64,000 nt of DNA, taken from positions 32,001 through 96,000 of IMG/VR virus record IMGVR_UViG_3300036893_000013. The stretch is one strand, 5' to 3'. This stretch comes from a virus. Positions within the stretch are counted from its first letter, which is position 1. Every line of letters starts with the position of its first letter. Positions 46,317 to 54,841 of this stretch are shown one piece after another. The notes under the pieces were generated by a model. It did not search any database, was not told the DNA's origin, and worked only from the letters and a program-made list of their open reading frames with translations. The translations under genes and the position numbers were made by a program.

Positions 46317-48281
46317 TTACCCGATAAGTCCTGACCCTAGAATATTATCCAAGCCATCGGACTCTACATATGGCATAGGATTTTCAAAGACCTCATCTAT
46401 TAAAAATTCCTCTGGCTGCGGGTTAATATCTAAGGTACGATAACTACTTTGCCAGCCTTCAGTAAAGATCATTTCCCAAGAAGCCTTGTCTACATAATTT
46501 CTTCTACGGGCGGCTAGTTCTTCTTCTATCTTTTTTCTCTCCGCTTCCGTAGGGGGAATCATCGGGAGAAAATCCATCTGATAGCTTATGCAATCTGGGA
46601 TATCATTTTTAGAACTTTTTGTAACCGGTCGAATGATTTGTTCAATAAATCTTTCTAACTCTTTCATACCATATTCGAACTTCATTCTACCGTAAAGAAT
46701 AAGAGGATACAAAGCACTGATTCTATTCTTCTTAGCATCTTTACTGACATCAACTTTACGCCAGTATATATGTCGAACTAAATTCTTAACATAAGTATCG
46801 TCTGTCTTATCCGCTTCTGCCCATATGGTAGCTTCAATCATTCGGATACCTAGCGAATCTTCAATGCTTATTACATCTGGATGATATTTGCAAGCGAATT
46901 GTACTAAACCTTGGGCAATAGCAACTGGAGTCGGATAATTAGTGCAAACAATGTCAATTATGAATCCGGTTCCCTTAGAGTTCCATAAGCAAGTAGTGCC
47001 TACACAGAAGTCATTGTCTTTCTTACCCTTACCGCCATTGAGGTCCCATGTTTGAGTAAGTCTTCCGTAAGGTGGAATATCTCTCCAATTGACCGTGTTC
47101 TTAAGGATTAATTCCCTAGTGAACATTTGCTGGGTAGGGGGTATAACATTCTGGCGCATTTGTGTTTCAAATGCTTCAGGTTCTTCCTCATAAGCTACCA
47201 GCAGAGTGTCAAAGCTGAGAACTTTAGGCATGAGAAGAACACAACCTTCTCTACCAGCTTTTCTAAACCACGAAGCTCTGGGAAGATTATATTTAACCAA
47301 GTCCATTTCAGCTTCTGGCTTAATTGTCATGGCCGCGCCAATTAATATCTCAACGCCTTTGCCGATGTTACTAATCTTTTTTTCACCAATACTGAATTCT
47401 TGGGAAGTAAATTCGCCTAATTCAGCTTTGGCTATGATGTCTCCGTAGAGGTCTAGATCGTGATATCGAGTTCCTAATAGGTTTGTATACCCAAAAGTTC
47501 TTAAAACTTTACGGGTAATACCGTATTTCTTTCGAACACTTATGCACTGTTCTTCGGAAGCAGCATTTCTGGTTTCAACCGCATCATCGCCGTGGAATAC
47601 TTCGAAGTGGAACCCACTTACTGAAGAGGTTACTCCTCGGGACATGATAGTAGGCTCTCTACGTTTAATCTGAAGTTTAGTCCATTGGGGACTAGAGTAT
47701 TCTCCAGATGCGGGTAGGTCCTTCTCTAGCAGACAATGTTCCGGCCAAAAGAGATTTATTAGAGTAGGTTCAGCCTCTTTTATGGTAAAGAAGCCTCGTA
47801 TCTCATCTACGATAGCTGAAGCTAAATCATCCGCTGCGCTTAATACTAGAATACGTATTTTGGGGTCTAGAAGAACCCATTGAATGACATCGAAGATTCC
47901 CCATGAACTCTTTAAACTACCTCTAGGATATAAGATTAATCTTGTCTTAACCTTAGATTGCTGAGCAATAGATTTGGTGGGGTCTTTCTTCACAAACATG
48001 TCTATAACATGTTTATGGTTCTCTAACGTCATTAGGTTTTCTGATATAGGAGCTTCCGGACCACCGAAGGGGTTTGCATCCCACAGAAAGAGATTTAGAA
48101 AGTATAGACTTCTGATTGACCTATCTCGTACAACTTCCCAAATAGGGTGGGCTTGTAGAGCGGTTTCATCTTCAATTTTTTCTTCTGCTAAAGACTTCCA
48201 TAAGTCTTTATTTTCTTCTATAATCTGGTAAAGATTGTCATCCGAGACTTCATCCCAATTGTCAATCTCATTTAGATTCAT
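46317..48281 (-). CDS. terL: Terminase large subunit
   Basis: LILYPRGSLKSS (Walker A variant), GFHFEVFHGDD (Walker B), GTRYHDLDLYG, TWDL, KKNRI, NDIPD nuclease motifs. Confidence 0.9.
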   Translation of the reverse strand: MNLNEIDNWDEVSDDNLYQIIEENKDLWKSLAEEKIEDETALQAHPIWEVVRDRSIRSLYFLNLFLWDANPFGGPEAPISENLMTLENHKHVIDMFVKKDPTKSIAQQSKVKTRLILYPRGSLKSSWGIFDVIQWVLLDPKIRILVLSAADDLASAIVDEIRGFFTIKEAEPTLINLFWPEHCLLEKDLPASGEYSSPQWTKLQIKRREPTIMSRGVTSSVSGFHFEVFHGDDAVETRNAASEEQCISVRKKYGITRKVLRTFGYTNLLGTRYHDLDLYGDIIAKAELGEFTSQEFSIGEKKISNIGKGVEILIGAAMTIKPEAEMDLVKYNLPRASWFRKAGREGCVLLMPKVLSFDTLLVAYEEEPEAFETQMRQNVIPPTQQMFTRELILKNTVNWRDIPPYGRLTQTWDLNGGKGKKDNDFCVGTTCLWNSKGTGFIIDIVCTNYPTPVAIAQGLVQFACKYHPDVISIEDSLGIRMIEATIWAEADKTDDTYVKNLVRHIYWRKVDVSKDAKKNRISALYPLILYGRMKFEYGMKELERFIEQIIRPVTKSSKNDIPDCISYQMDFLPMIPPTEAERKKIEEELAARRRNYVDKASWEMIFTEGWQSSYRTLDINPQPEEFLIDEVFENPMPYVESDGLDNILGSGLIG

Positions 48282-48388
48282 TTAACAATTTTCTTTACTG
48301 CGCCCTTCACTGCTTCCGGACTCGCACCCTTTACTTTGAGTTTGAGCTTTACTTCGGGTTTCTGCTTTTTTTCTGATTCTTTCTTCAT
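48278..48388 (-). CDS. Small Lys-rich protein (36 aa, below the ORF-track cutoff)
   Basis: MKKESEKKQKPEVKLKLKVKGASPEAVKGAVKKIVK; ATGA-coupled on both sides. Confidence 0.6.
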   Translation of the reverse strand: MKKESEKKQKPEVKLKLKVKGASPEAVKGAVKKIVK

Positions 48389-48531
48389 GTCTTTTCCTTC
48401 GAAGCTTTTTCTGGTAACTTAAGTCCTTTGGATGCCTGATCGAACTCCTTGACCTTTGCTTTCCCCATTGCTTTCTTCCCGGCTGGGCTGTTCCCCCACC
48501 GCTCTTGCTTCGCTGTTTTCCAAGGTGACAT
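48385..48531 (-). CDS. Small basic protein (48 aa)
   Basis: MSPWKTAKQERWGNSPAGKKAMGKAKVKEFDQASKGLKLPEKASKEKT; AGGA RBS. Confidence 0.65.
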   Translation of the reverse strand: MSPWKTAKQERWGNSPAGKKAMGKAKVKEFDQASKGLKLPEKASKEKT

Positions 48532-48548
48532 TCAGGTATCCTAATAGC

Positions 48549-48863
48549 CTACATCCCTGCTTGGGGTGCTGGTGCGGGTGCTGGTGCTGGGCCTGCCCCG
48601 GGGCTTTCTGCTCCCGGTATTTGGCCTCCGAACTGACCCTGCATATGTTGTAGAAGACCGTCACTGTCACTTACTCCGTGAACAGCATCTGGAGTGGGAA
48701 GATCATCAGGACCTTGACCCTGATTATCAAAGATATGACGAATAACGTGACTACCATCATCCCCATGTTCGATATGAGTATGACGAATCTTTTTACCGGA
48801 CTTTTTAGGTTTAGATTTTTTGGTCCGTGTTTTCTTGCCTAGAGATTTTTCTGGGGAGGCCAT
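48549..48863 (-). CDS. Hypothetical basic/His-rich protein
   Basis: Lys-rich N-terminus, HTHIEH..DGSHVIRH, PA-repeat tail. Confidence 0.7.
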   Translation of the reverse strand: MASPEKSLGKKTRTKKSKPKKSGKKIRHTHIEHGDDGSHVIRHIFDNQGQGPDDLPTPDAVHGVSDSDGLLQHMQGQFGGQIPGAESPGAGPAPAPAPAPQAGM

Positions 48864-49060
48864 TAGCTTGAGGTTCCTCCATTATTTGAGATTGGGATAA
48901 TCTCAGTCGTGTAGCCCCAAGTAATGTAGGGTTGGTAAGGATAAGGAGTGTAGGGTTGAAAGTCTTGGTTTCTGCGACCACACTTGTCGCAATACCCACA
49001 ACACGGGCAAATACCGGTGCTAAGACCTTTGGAATTTTCGTTTGGAAAGGGGTAATCCAT
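48863..49060 (-). CDS. Small Cys-cluster protein
   Basis: CPCCGYCDKCGRR; TAATG-coupled. Confidence 0.6.
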   Translation of the reverse strand: MDYPFPNENSKGLSTGICPCCGYCDKCGRRNQDFQPYTPYPYQPYITWGYTTEIIPISNNGGTSS

Positions 49061-49212
49061 TACTTCACCTTTTTCAGCTTAGGGTTTTTCGCTTTCGCGG
49101 ACTTACTAGCCCCTCGGGAAGCAGCAGCTAAGATAGCCCCTGCGGATTCTTTACTTTTACCTTCGCCTTCAATCTTCTTCTGGATTGCGGCAAAACCGGG
49201 ATGTTTATTCAT
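49060..49212 (-). CDS. Small basic protein (50 aa)
   Basis: MNKHPGFAAIQKKIEGEGKSKESAGAILAAASRGASKSAKAKNPKLKKVK; TAATG-coupled at both ends. Confidence 0.7.
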   Translation of the reverse strand: MNKHPGFAAIQKKIEGEGKSKESAGAILAAASRGASKSAKAKNPKLKKVK

Positions 49213-49559
49213 TAGCTTGCACTCGCTCCGCTGCTAGAGGTCCAAAGATACAGAACTGTTCCTGTAGCTGTGACTCCGGTAACAGCAAAATTCTGCCAAG
49301 AAAGTATAGCTTGGCCTGTAAGATTATCATTCAGAACTATAGAATATGCGACGTTAGAAGTTGTAACATTAATTGGAGGATAAAGAGCTTGGCTGTTGGA
49401 AGGAAGAGTGATAGTTACTTGTCCAGCCGTAGCAGTAGACCCGGCTACAACCAGCATAAGTTTTAAAATTCTTACTCCGGAACTAACCCCTGCCGATGTT
49501 CTATAATTAGAAAAATCGGTAGTTATAACCATAGGACCGGTTGTATAGGTATTGGACAT
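49212..49559 (-). CDS. Hypothetical beta-rich structural protein
   Basis: 115 aa, Thr/Ser-rich, coupled. Confidence 0.6.
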   Translation of the reverse strand: MSNTYTTGPMVITTDFSNYRTSAGVSSGVRILKLMLVVAGSTATAGQVTITLPSNSQALYPPINVTTSNVAYSIVLNDNLTGQAILSWQNFAVTGVTATGTVLYLWTSSSGASAS

Positions 49560-50290
49560 TATCTGAGTGCCTTATATGCCTCGGTTCCCCAGTAGAAAGG
49601 TTCTGCCATAGGCCCAACGTCCTTAAGGACGGTATATGATCTTTTTAACCAACAACTACGTCCAACACACGGCGCAGGATATAGAAATTCGTGGGTTTTT
49701 TTAGTGATATCACCACTTAAAATATCTAAATTGCCCGTAAAATCATAGAGATTTTTGGTCGTGCCGGTAACATATTCAGAGTTTAAGTAGTCATTTAGAC
49801 TTAAAGTAGTGGTTCTTAATGCACTAAATTCTTCTGTTGCGGAGCTTTCAACCGAATTAAACCCGTCTATTGTGGTCGAAAATTGCCCTAAATCGCCGGA
49901 AAAATCGTTCAAAACCCCAGAGGATTGAATTAAATCTTGATCTAAATTGCTTAGTGTATCTTCGGTTTTCCGTGCTAGGGCCTGTTCTTGGTTAAAAAAG
50001 ATACTTTGATTCTTATTAAAACTGTATGCAGCGATTTCTACTTGTCCAAAAGTACCTCTAACAGTACCTAATGTTCGATTTATATCTGCTAATGTACCAC
50101 AAGAAGTGGTACAATTTCGGTTTAGATTATCAGAAGTAGTATTGATATCCTTGTGGGTATCTCGTAGAAAAGATAGTAATTCGGGTTCCACTTTCTGGAA
50201 TTCTATTACTCCCAACCAAAGAACAAGTGTTAATGAAAGTAAAAGAGTACTGGTAAGTGCCCCAATTGTTATTGTCAACCACTTAGGCAT
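49559..50290 (-). CDS. Membrane-anchored coiled-coil protein (spanin-like?)
   Basis: Likely start MPKWL at 50290; one N-terminal TM, long heptads, two Cys pairs (CTTSC, CVGRSC). Confidence 0.55.
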   Translation of the reverse strand: MPKWLTITIGALTSTLLLSLTLVLWLGVIEFQKVEPELLSFLRDTHKDINTTSDNLNRNCTTSCGTLADINRTLGTVRGTFGQVEIAAYSFNKNQSIFFNQEQALARKTEDTLSNLDQDLIQSSGVLNDFSGDLGQFSTTIDGFNSVESSATEEFSALRTTTLSLNDYLNSEYVTGTTKNLYDFTGNLDILSGDITKKTHEFLYPAPCVGRSCWLKRSYTVLKDVGPMAEPFYWGTEAYKALR

Positions 50291-50597
50291 TAACTCTATA
50301 TCTCGTACGAGCGTAGTGCAGTTGTGTACGAGCCATACCATCGCCATGTTTATCGATGTATTCAGCAAACTCGCGCAAAGCCGTTAATTCATCGACTGGT
50401 TTCCAACGTTTCACTGTAACTTCAGGTCCCATACCCGACATATTCAATGTACCAACTTCGATGTTATTCACAAAACCACTTACGGGAGGAAATCCAGATT
50501 GAATCTCGGGGAGTTTTACGTGCTCCTTACCGCCCCATTCGAAGTGTTCACCTACTTCGAGGTCTTTAAAGTACAATTCTTTGTGCTCGTTATGCAT
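50283..50597 (-). CDS. Hypothetical protein
   Basis: FKDLEVGEHF motif, overlaps both neighbours. Confidence 0.6.
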   Translation of the reverse strand: MHNEHKELYFKDLEVGEHFEWGGKEHVKLPEIQSGFPPVSGFVNNIEVGTLNMSGMGPEVTVKRWKPVDELTALREFAEYIDKHGDGMARTQLHYARTRYRVNA

Positions 50598-50943
50598 TTT
50601 TAATTCCTGCTAAATTCGCTGCTTGTTTTACCAACGCAGGGTTATTCTTCATTAAATTCTCTACTTCAGTAAGTAGCTGAGGGCTGGCTTGAACTTTAGC
50701 TGCGGCTTGAGTAGCTCCACCAGAAGATTGCACTAACGCGGCAAACTCACCGAGAGCAGCAAAAGCAATTCTCTCAATGAGTTGGACTTCAGGACCATAC
50801 ACGGGGACTAGTCCACTAATACTTTCAATAACTCCTTCTTGAGGAGCGATTTTAGTATCTAAAGTGGCTATTGCTTTTCCGGCAACCACTATATCATGGA
50901 AACCGGAGGCAAAAAAATGTCCTACAGAAGTCCAGTTAATCAT
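50590..50943 (-). CDS. Hypothetical amphipathic helical protein
   Basis: 117 aa, TAATG-coupled. Confidence 0.65.
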   Translation of the reverse strand: MINWTSVGHFFASGFHDIVVAGKAIATLDTKIAPQEGVIESISGLVPVYGPEVQLIERIAFAALGEFAALVQSSGGATQAAAKVQASPQLLTEVENLMKNNPALVKQAANLAGIKNA

Positions 50944-51341
50944 TAAGCAATCGGAATAAGGGGAAGAACAGCTTCGATTTCTTCGATCACGCCATTAACC
51001 ACGGCAGTAACCTTAGTTAGGGTAGTCGCGTCTTTGATGTGACCAGCGGTGAGCAGTGACGAAAGATTGCTTTTAACTGCATTCAGAACATTTACAATGG
51101 TTGCAGAAGCGTTGGTGCCTGCTTTAGACTGAGCCAAAAGGCCAGTCAAAGTAGCAAGGTCGGTCTGGGTTTCAGATACGACACTCTGAATGGTAGAAGC
51201 ATCTGACTCTCCAGCAGTAAGAGCAATAATGCTCTCTAGCCCGGGTGCGGCAATACCAATACCAGCGGAAACGGTTTGCTCCCAAGTAGTATTCTTAACG
51301 AACTTCTTGAAAAAATTTTCTACAGAACTGAAAAAAGACAT
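50943..51341 (-). CDS. Hypothetical amphipathic helical protein
   Basis: 132 aa, GAGG RBS, similar N-terminus to the downstream gene. Confidence 0.7.
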   Translation of the reverse strand: MSFFSSVENFFKKFVKNTTWEQTVSAGIGIAAPGLESIIALTAGESDASTIQSVVSETQTDLATLTGLLAQSKAGTNASATIVNVLNAVKSNLSSLLTAGHIKDATTLTKVTAVVNGVIEEIEAVLPLIPIA

Positions 51342-51342
51342 G

Positions 51343-51558
51343 TTACCTCAATATCGCGGTTGAACCGATTATTACTAGTTTTGCAGTTGGAAATCTAATC
51401 CAACATTTAGGTTTTGATATATTGTCTGCGGCTAAATCATAGTAAGTAAAGCCGATAGCTTCTATTATTACAGCTTCAAAATGTTGTTGATTAAGAGGAT
51501 TCCCATCGTCTATTGCCCATATGGGGGGATTAAAATCTTCAATATATAGCCTATACAA
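51343..51558 (-). CDS. Hypothetical protein (start uncertain)
   Basis: The ORF-track ATG lies inside the tRNA; an in-frame TTG at 51558 directly follows the tRNA CCA. Confidence 0.5.
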   Translation of the reverse strand: MYRLYIEDFNPPIWAIDDGNPLNQQHFEAVIIEAIGFTYYDLAADNISKPKCWIRFPTAKLVIIGSTAILR

Positions 51559-51634
51559 TGGCTCGCCCCGCTGGATTCGGACCAGCATCTCCAGAATTAA
51601 CAGTTCTGTGCATTGCCAGTTATGCTAGAGGCAA
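51559..51634 (-). tRNA. tRNA-Asn(GUU)
   Basis: Cloverleaf TTGCCTC/GGGGCGA, D GCAT/ATGC, anticodon arm CAGAA-CTGTTAA-TTCTG, T arm GCTGG-TCCGAAT-CCAGC, G73, encoded CCA. Confidence 0.9.
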
Positions 51635-51671
51635 CCGAGGGGACCGAAGCCCACCCCCGGACCCCTATACT

Positions 51672-52274
51672 TTAGACGTTTTCGAACAAGAATTCCCTGA
51701 TCGTTACCGTATTAGCAGCATTACCAGTACCAAAGACAAAGGTAGGAATGAAGGTAAGATTAGTGACGGAGAGATTAGTGATCGCGGTAATAGCTACAGA
51801 ACCAGTAAATACATTATTCACATCGGACTGGAACCAGCCGTTAAGGTGGCTGGAAGTGGAATCCCAAATGAGGTTATTCTCAAACAAGAAGTTAATGGTC
51901 GAAGCGGTGGTAATAGTGTACGAAGACGAAATAGACACCAGAGTATCGCTCGTAGTAGTCGAACTAGTACCTTGATATAAACTAACTTGGAAAGTAGTCG
52001 AAGCTGATACAGTAACTAATCCAACAATACGAATACGGAACTGACGACCATCCACACTATCATTTACATAAGTGGGAGAACTAGCCTGAGGATTTGAAGA
52101 CTGGTAGTTAGGGGCAACAGCGAGGTACAACCCAGCACCCGCAGCAAACACAGGAGAGGGAAGACCTTGATAGAGGGCGGTAGCAGCAGGAACCAAAAGT
52201 GCGGTTGTAGTTGCGTTGGTAATATTCTGCGCTGGAAGTGAAACAAAACCGTTAGAACTATTTACATTAGCCAT
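51672..52274 (-). CDS. Putative structural beta protein (paralog of 38458-39150)
   Basis: DGRQFRIRIVG, WDSTSSHLNG, LTFIPTFVFG, VTIREF match the other copy. Confidence 0.65.
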   Translation of the reverse strand: MANVNSSNGFVSLPAQNITNATTTALLVPAATALYQGLPSPVFAAGAGLYLAVAPNYQSSNPQASSPTYVNDSVDGRQFRIRIVGLVTVSASTTFQVSLYQGTSSTTTSDTLVSISSSYTITTASTINFLFENNLIWDSTSSHLNGWFQSDVNNVFTGSVAITAITNLSVTNLTFIPTFVFGTGNAANTVTIREFLFENV

Positions 52275-52289
52275 GATAGACCTTTTTAT

Positions 52290-52800
52290 TATGAGATGGG
52301 GCTTTTCAGGCCGGAGAAGGAGGGGTCACACGGTACCCCTCAGTTATGTACATACTCGCCAGCATTGCACTGGCATTGCGAAGACGGGAATTTATGACCG
52401 GCTAACAAAATCCTCCGGCTCACATAAAACTTATAAAACTTATAAAACTTATAAAACTTATAAAACTTATAAAACTTATAAAACTTATAAAACTTAGAAC
52501 ACCGGGCGTTGAGCTTATGCTTGCCCGGTAATCTTAAGTCCGATTTGTACTCCCTCGGAACCGGGGCAGAAGGATTAAAATCCCTCAAATTCTAAACTTT
52601 TTAAACTTTAAACTTTAGCTAGTTTCTCTCACGGGACTAGCGACCCTAGTGAACGGCAGGTAGCGACTGCGCGGAGCCTGTAGTTCTAAAAACTAGCGGT
52701 CACTGGTGCTCTCAGCTTTAAGCTACACCCGTCCACTTAAGGGCGGGAGAAGAGGCGCTAATCTCTTTATCCTTCAGTCGGGTCCGCTATCTTGTGCATC
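52290..52800 (-). ncRNA. Array of structured non-coding RNA domains downstream of tRNA-Pro
   Basis: Four GC-rich multi-stem blocks (about 52290-52423, 52497-52590, 52618-52697, 52694-52789), with AAGUUU-type spacers after the tRNA and between most blocks; no credible ORF. Confidence 0.55.
52424..52495. repeat. Tandem repeat (ATAAAACTT)x8
   Basis: Eight perfect 9-bp units counted directly. Confidence 0.95.
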
Positions 52801-52806
52801 TAAACT

Positions 52807-52895
52807 TGGTCGGGGTAGGAGGACTCGAACCTCCAGTGCTCTTAAGCTCCTGTTTCCAAAACAGGTCGGCTACCATTTACCGATTTACACCCTCG
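52807..52895 (-). tRNA. Atypical tRNA-Pro(UGG) with long variable arm
   Basis: Anticodon arm CCTGT-TTTGGAA-ACAGG, T arm GGAGG-TTCGAGT-CCTCC, C1-G72/A73/CCA; 14-nt variable region and a bulged acceptor stem. Confidence 0.75.
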
Positions 52896-52994
52896 GGGCG
52901 CGACTCCCGTTACGATAATAGCGTTTGCGGGTGGTGCCGGGTTGAACAGATTTTCCATCTAATTACTATTATACTCTCTTTTATCGAAAATTTA

Positions 52995-53843
52995 CTAACT
53001 TCTAAGTTTTTTTCTCTGTAGACACGCCAAATTTAGTATGTATTGTTTAGATACCCCGTATTCTACTGACAATTGTAGCGAGTTTCTTCCCGTATATCTT
53101 CTGAAAATTTCCTCTCTGTTCTCTCTGGATATCTTGGAGTTGGGATGCCTATTTGATTTATGATAATAAAGCATGTTCTCAGCTACAGAAACCCACTCAA
53201 GATTTTCTACTGAGTTATTACTTTTATTACCATCCTTATGATTAACACAAGATTTGTCTTCCGGGTTAGAAATAAAATGCTTTGCAACTAAACGATGAAT
53301 AAAATGTGTTTTGACAATCCCATCTTTACTTAGGTTAACTCTAGTATATCCATAGAAATCGGGTGGTGTTTGTAATAGATAGGCAATCCCTTTTCTTACT
53401 GATATAATCTCCCCTCTAATAGATATCTTATATCTTCCATACCCTTCTATATATTTCCACTCAGAGGATATATATTCATAATCATCCGAAAGTTTCGTGG
53501 ACTTTTTAAGATTTGATGTCCTTTTTATCAGCCCAGTATCTATAGCATGTTTCATGTTTTGAGACTGTGAACACCACTCTAAATTGTCTGATCTGTTATT
53601 TTTTACATCGCCGTCTAAGTGATTAACTATCCTATAATTAAATGGATTAGGTTTAAAGGCTAAAGCCACTAATCTGTGAACTAGGCCGAACTTGGGTTTT
53701 CCTTGTATGAAAAGACTTAGTTGTATGTATCCTTGCTGACTTGTGGTATTTAAACTTAGTTCTTTACCTTGTTTACCTTTAATCTTACCAGAACTAGAGG
53801 CTTGGTATCCCTCATACCCCGGTATATCTCTCCACTCCTCCAT
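52995..53843 (-). CDS. Homing endonuclease with duplicated NUMOD4-HNH units
   Basis: EEWRDIPGYEGYQASSSG...VHRLVA...VNHLDG...NNRSDNLEW, then WKYIEGYGRYKIS...IHRLVA...VNHKDGNKSNNSVENLEW. Confidence 0.92.
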   Translation of the reverse strand: MEEWRDIPGYEGYQASSSGKIKGKQGKELSLNTTSQQGYIQLSLFIQGKPKFGLVHRLVALAFKPNPFNYRIVNHLDGDVKNNRSDNLEWCSQSQNMKHAIDTGLIKRTSNLKKSTKLSDDYEYISSEWKYIEGYGRYKISIRGEIISVRKGIAYLLQTPPDFYGYTRVNLSKDGIVKTHFIHRLVAKHFISNPEDKSCVNHKDGNKSNNSVENLEWVSVAENMLYYHKSNRHPNSKISRENREEIFRRYTGRNSLQLSVEYGVSKQYILNLACLQRKKLRS

Positions 53844-54049
53844 TAATTTACTTTTCGAGTATTTTCGGGCCAAACGATTTTTATTTGTGTTTTTGTTGCA
53901 ATTTCTTCTATTCGAAGGGAAAGTTTATCTTGGTTGGCCTCGTACATCTCTAACGCCTCGTCAAAAAAGTCAAAACATCTGTCTTGGAAGGGAAGGTTAC
54001 ACCCCGCCCAGCAAACAATGTATTGGACTTTTATAAAGACTTCTTTCAT
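53843..54049 (-). CDS. Hypothetical protein
   Basis: 68 aa, coupled. Confidence 0.6.
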   Translation of the reverse strand: MKEVFIKVQYIVCWAGCNLPFQDRCFDFFDEALEMYEANQDKLSLRIEEIATKTQIKIVWPENTRKVN

Positions 54050-54443
54050 ATCAGATTGTCTAGCGCCCCTAAACTTGCTATTCTTCTTATTTCATTCTTA
54101 AACGGCTTTCCATGACCGCAGTATGGAGAAATGTAAATATGGATTTGCTCGTGTAGAATAGTTTGTTTAGTCAACATGACATGAAAAACGGCGGTTCCTC
54201 GGTCCAGAATAATACACTGTTGTCCTTCTGAATCTATGCCGACTATACCGTATTCTCCGGCATCTAACCAATCCTCTTCTGCCTCCGCTTGAGTTAGTTG
54301 GGTGATTCTAAGGAGAGGCGCTGTAAGAATTCTTGTAGGAGCTAAACTATTGTTAAAATAGAGTTTATTTGTACGGTTAAAATAGTTCTGATATCGCTTG
54401 TTAGGTCGGCATCCCTTTATAATCCTTTTGCCGATTTTAACCA

Positions 54444-54444
<1 letters not shown>
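54046..54444 (-). CDS. SprT-like zinc metalloprotease domain protein
   Basis: N..YF.NSL, TILHEQIH (HExxH), HGKPF. Confidence 0.8.
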
Positions 54445-54803
<359 letters not shown>

Positions 54804-54808
54804 AATTC

Positions 54809-54837
54809 ATTATACCATCTATTTCTTTATTTGTCAA
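54809..54837 (-). promoter_or_regulatory. Consensus sigma70 promoter, leaderless transcript predicted
   Basis: TTGACA-17-TATAAT with TGn extension; ATG 5 nt after the -10 box. Confidence 0.8.
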
Positions 54838-54841
54838 CTAG

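Noticed and set aside
3985-48231. Numerous short overlapping ORFs on the + strand or in alternate frames inside structural genes
   Set aside because: No RBS or motifs; typical shadows of low-complexity G/S/T-rich coding sequence
52424-52495. CRISPR array, or coding (YKT)n/(FYK)n ORFs at 52216-52497 and 52340-52588
   Set aside because: 9-bp tandem units with no spacers and no cas genes; the ORFs are by-products of a stop-free repeat over structured RNA
52755-52800. Hammerhead or tRNA-associated HDV-like ribozyme after tRNA-Pro
   Set aside because: CUGAAGGA does not fit CUGAnGA with a GAAA partner, and I could not build the nested double pseudoknot by eye; left as an unclassified RNA
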